DNA of 32,000 nt, taken from positions 30,001-62,000 of the forward strand of contig OW818675.1 of assembly GCA_942493095.1 (NCBI GenBank), read 5' to 3'. This document shows, piece by piece, positions 31,247 through 32,000 of the stretch. Under the pieces are notes generated by a model, which saw only the letters and a program-made list of their open reading frames with translations, did no database searches and had not been told where the DNA came from. The DNA is from Candidatus Electronema halotolerans. Its GTDB lineage: Bacteria > Desulfobacterota > Desulfobulbia > Desulfobulbales > Desulfobulbaceae. Made by a program: the position numbers and the translations under genes. Every line of letters starts with the position of its first letter. Positions within the stretch are counted from its first letter, which is position 1.

Positions 31247-31819
31247 ATGATGCGGCAGGGCAATCAAGTGCGGAACAATGATGAGTACAGGTCGTTGACC
31301 AAGCTGCTGGCCAAGATTGGTCAAGAGGCTGGCACTTCGTTCTGCATCAGTCTCATTCCCGGCTTGGCCGGATTGCTGGCTGCCGCCCTGAACAGCGTCT
31401 TGGGCACCTTTGGCTTTCTGCTGAAATTTCGCAGTGAGAGCGCAGAGCTTGTAACAAATTTGCTGGGCGGCGGCACTGGCTTTCTTTCCCGCAAGGAGCT
31501 GCGCCGCATTAAGCTGGAATTAGTCAGATGTGCGAAAAGAAACAAGGAATACGGAAAAGCGCTGGCCTTGGTCTGCGGCATTCTGGAGACAGACGCTGAA
31601 TGCGCTGAGGCCCTGCTGCTCAAAGCCATGATCCTGCATGAAGGTTTTAATGATTCCGCAGGCGCACGCCTGTCTTTGAGAAAACTGATGCGTCTGCGTC
31701 CTGATGCGGACAACGATCTTCTGCGCCGCTGGGGAGCGGCTCTGCATGACGAGCTTTGCCTGCAACAGAAACGCGGACAGGACAATTCCTCTGATCAAGT
31801 GCGGATACGATATGAATGA
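31247..31819 (+). CDS. Hypothetical membrane-anchored protein with TPR-like helical C-terminal region
   Basis: Hydrophobic segment TSFCISLIPGLAGLLAAALNSVLGTFGFLL, then a helical repeat-like region (YGKALALVCGILETDAECAEALLLKAMILHEG). The start is uncertain. Confidence 0.45.
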   Translation: MMRQGNQVRNNDEYRSLTKLLAKIGQEAGTSFCISLIPGLAGLLAAALNSVLGTFGFLLKFRSESAELVTNLLGGGTGFLSRKELRRIKLELVRCAKRNKEYGKALALVCGILETDAECAEALLLKAMILHEGFNDSAGARLSLRKLMRLRPDADNDLLRRWGAALHDELCLQQKRGQDNSSDQVRIRYE

Positions 31820-31891
31820 TGTGAGCGCGGCTGCCGCATCTCTCTTGAATTATGCGGCAAACAGCCTGAACACGTTGGGAGGACATATATT

Positions 31892-32000
31892 TTGACACGG
31901 ATCATCGTAATCACCTCCGGCAAGGGAGGAGTCGGCAAAACCACAACCAGTGCCGCCTTTGCTATGGGCTTGGCATTGGAAGGCTACAAGACAGCGGTGA
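31892..32000 (+). CDS. minD: Septum site-determining ATPase MinD, N-terminal fragment (continues beyond the window)
   Basis: The TTG start follows GGGAGGA at 7 nt. The translation (M)TRIIVITSGKGGVGKTTTSAAFAMGLALEGYKTAV carries the deviant Walker A of MinD/ParA; the MinD-type N-terminus makes minD the most likely call. Confidence 0.75.
   Translation, partial: MTRIIVITSGKGGVGKTTTSAAFAMGLALEGYKTAV

Noticed and set aside
1-32000. CRISPR arrays, rRNA genes, prophage structural modules, classical toxin-antitoxin pairs
   Set aside because: I saw no regularly spaced direct repeats, no rRNA-like sequence, and no capsid, tail, integrase or small paired-ORF signatures on either strand.

Overview
This is a high-GC bacterial chromosomal segment, roughly 55-70% GC in the housekeeping genes by eye. 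The core gene order is: ffh, then rpsP, a KH protein, rimM, trmD, a SPOUT-like methyltransferase, rplS and rnhB. It continues with grpE-dnaK, a histidine kinase, trkH-trkA, a ClC channel, tRNA-Leu(CAG), hpt, a beta carbonic anhydrase and the start of minD. This order resembles a Desulfobacterota/delta-proteobacterial type genome, which is inference only. Several accessory pieces interrupt the core:

- An AT-rich ORFan sits between ffh and rpsP (404-1858).
- A lower-GC two-gene minus-strand cassette lies between rnhB and dnaK (5497-9523).
- An Rpn-type nuclease gene lies next to tRNA-Leu, together with a complete IS4-superfamily element. The IS has 19-bp inverted repeats, a 10-bp target duplication and an A8 frameshift site.
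- Three Tyr-rich lipoprotein genes form a cluster (26984-28169).
- Two further AT-rich genes are a zinc-ribbon/TM/trypsin-like protease and a hypothetical gene upstream of minD.

The best candidate for an undescribed system is the 5497-9523 cassette. It encodes a PHP phosphoesterase fused to a Rad50/SbcC-like ABC ATPase, translationally coupled to an AlbA_2 (Schlafen-like)/HATPase_c_4 protein, and it has its own promoter. I read it as a candidate nucleic-acid-targeting defence module. No CRISPR array, rRNA or prophage structural genes were seen. All domain calls come from motif recognition by eye, and no searches were run.
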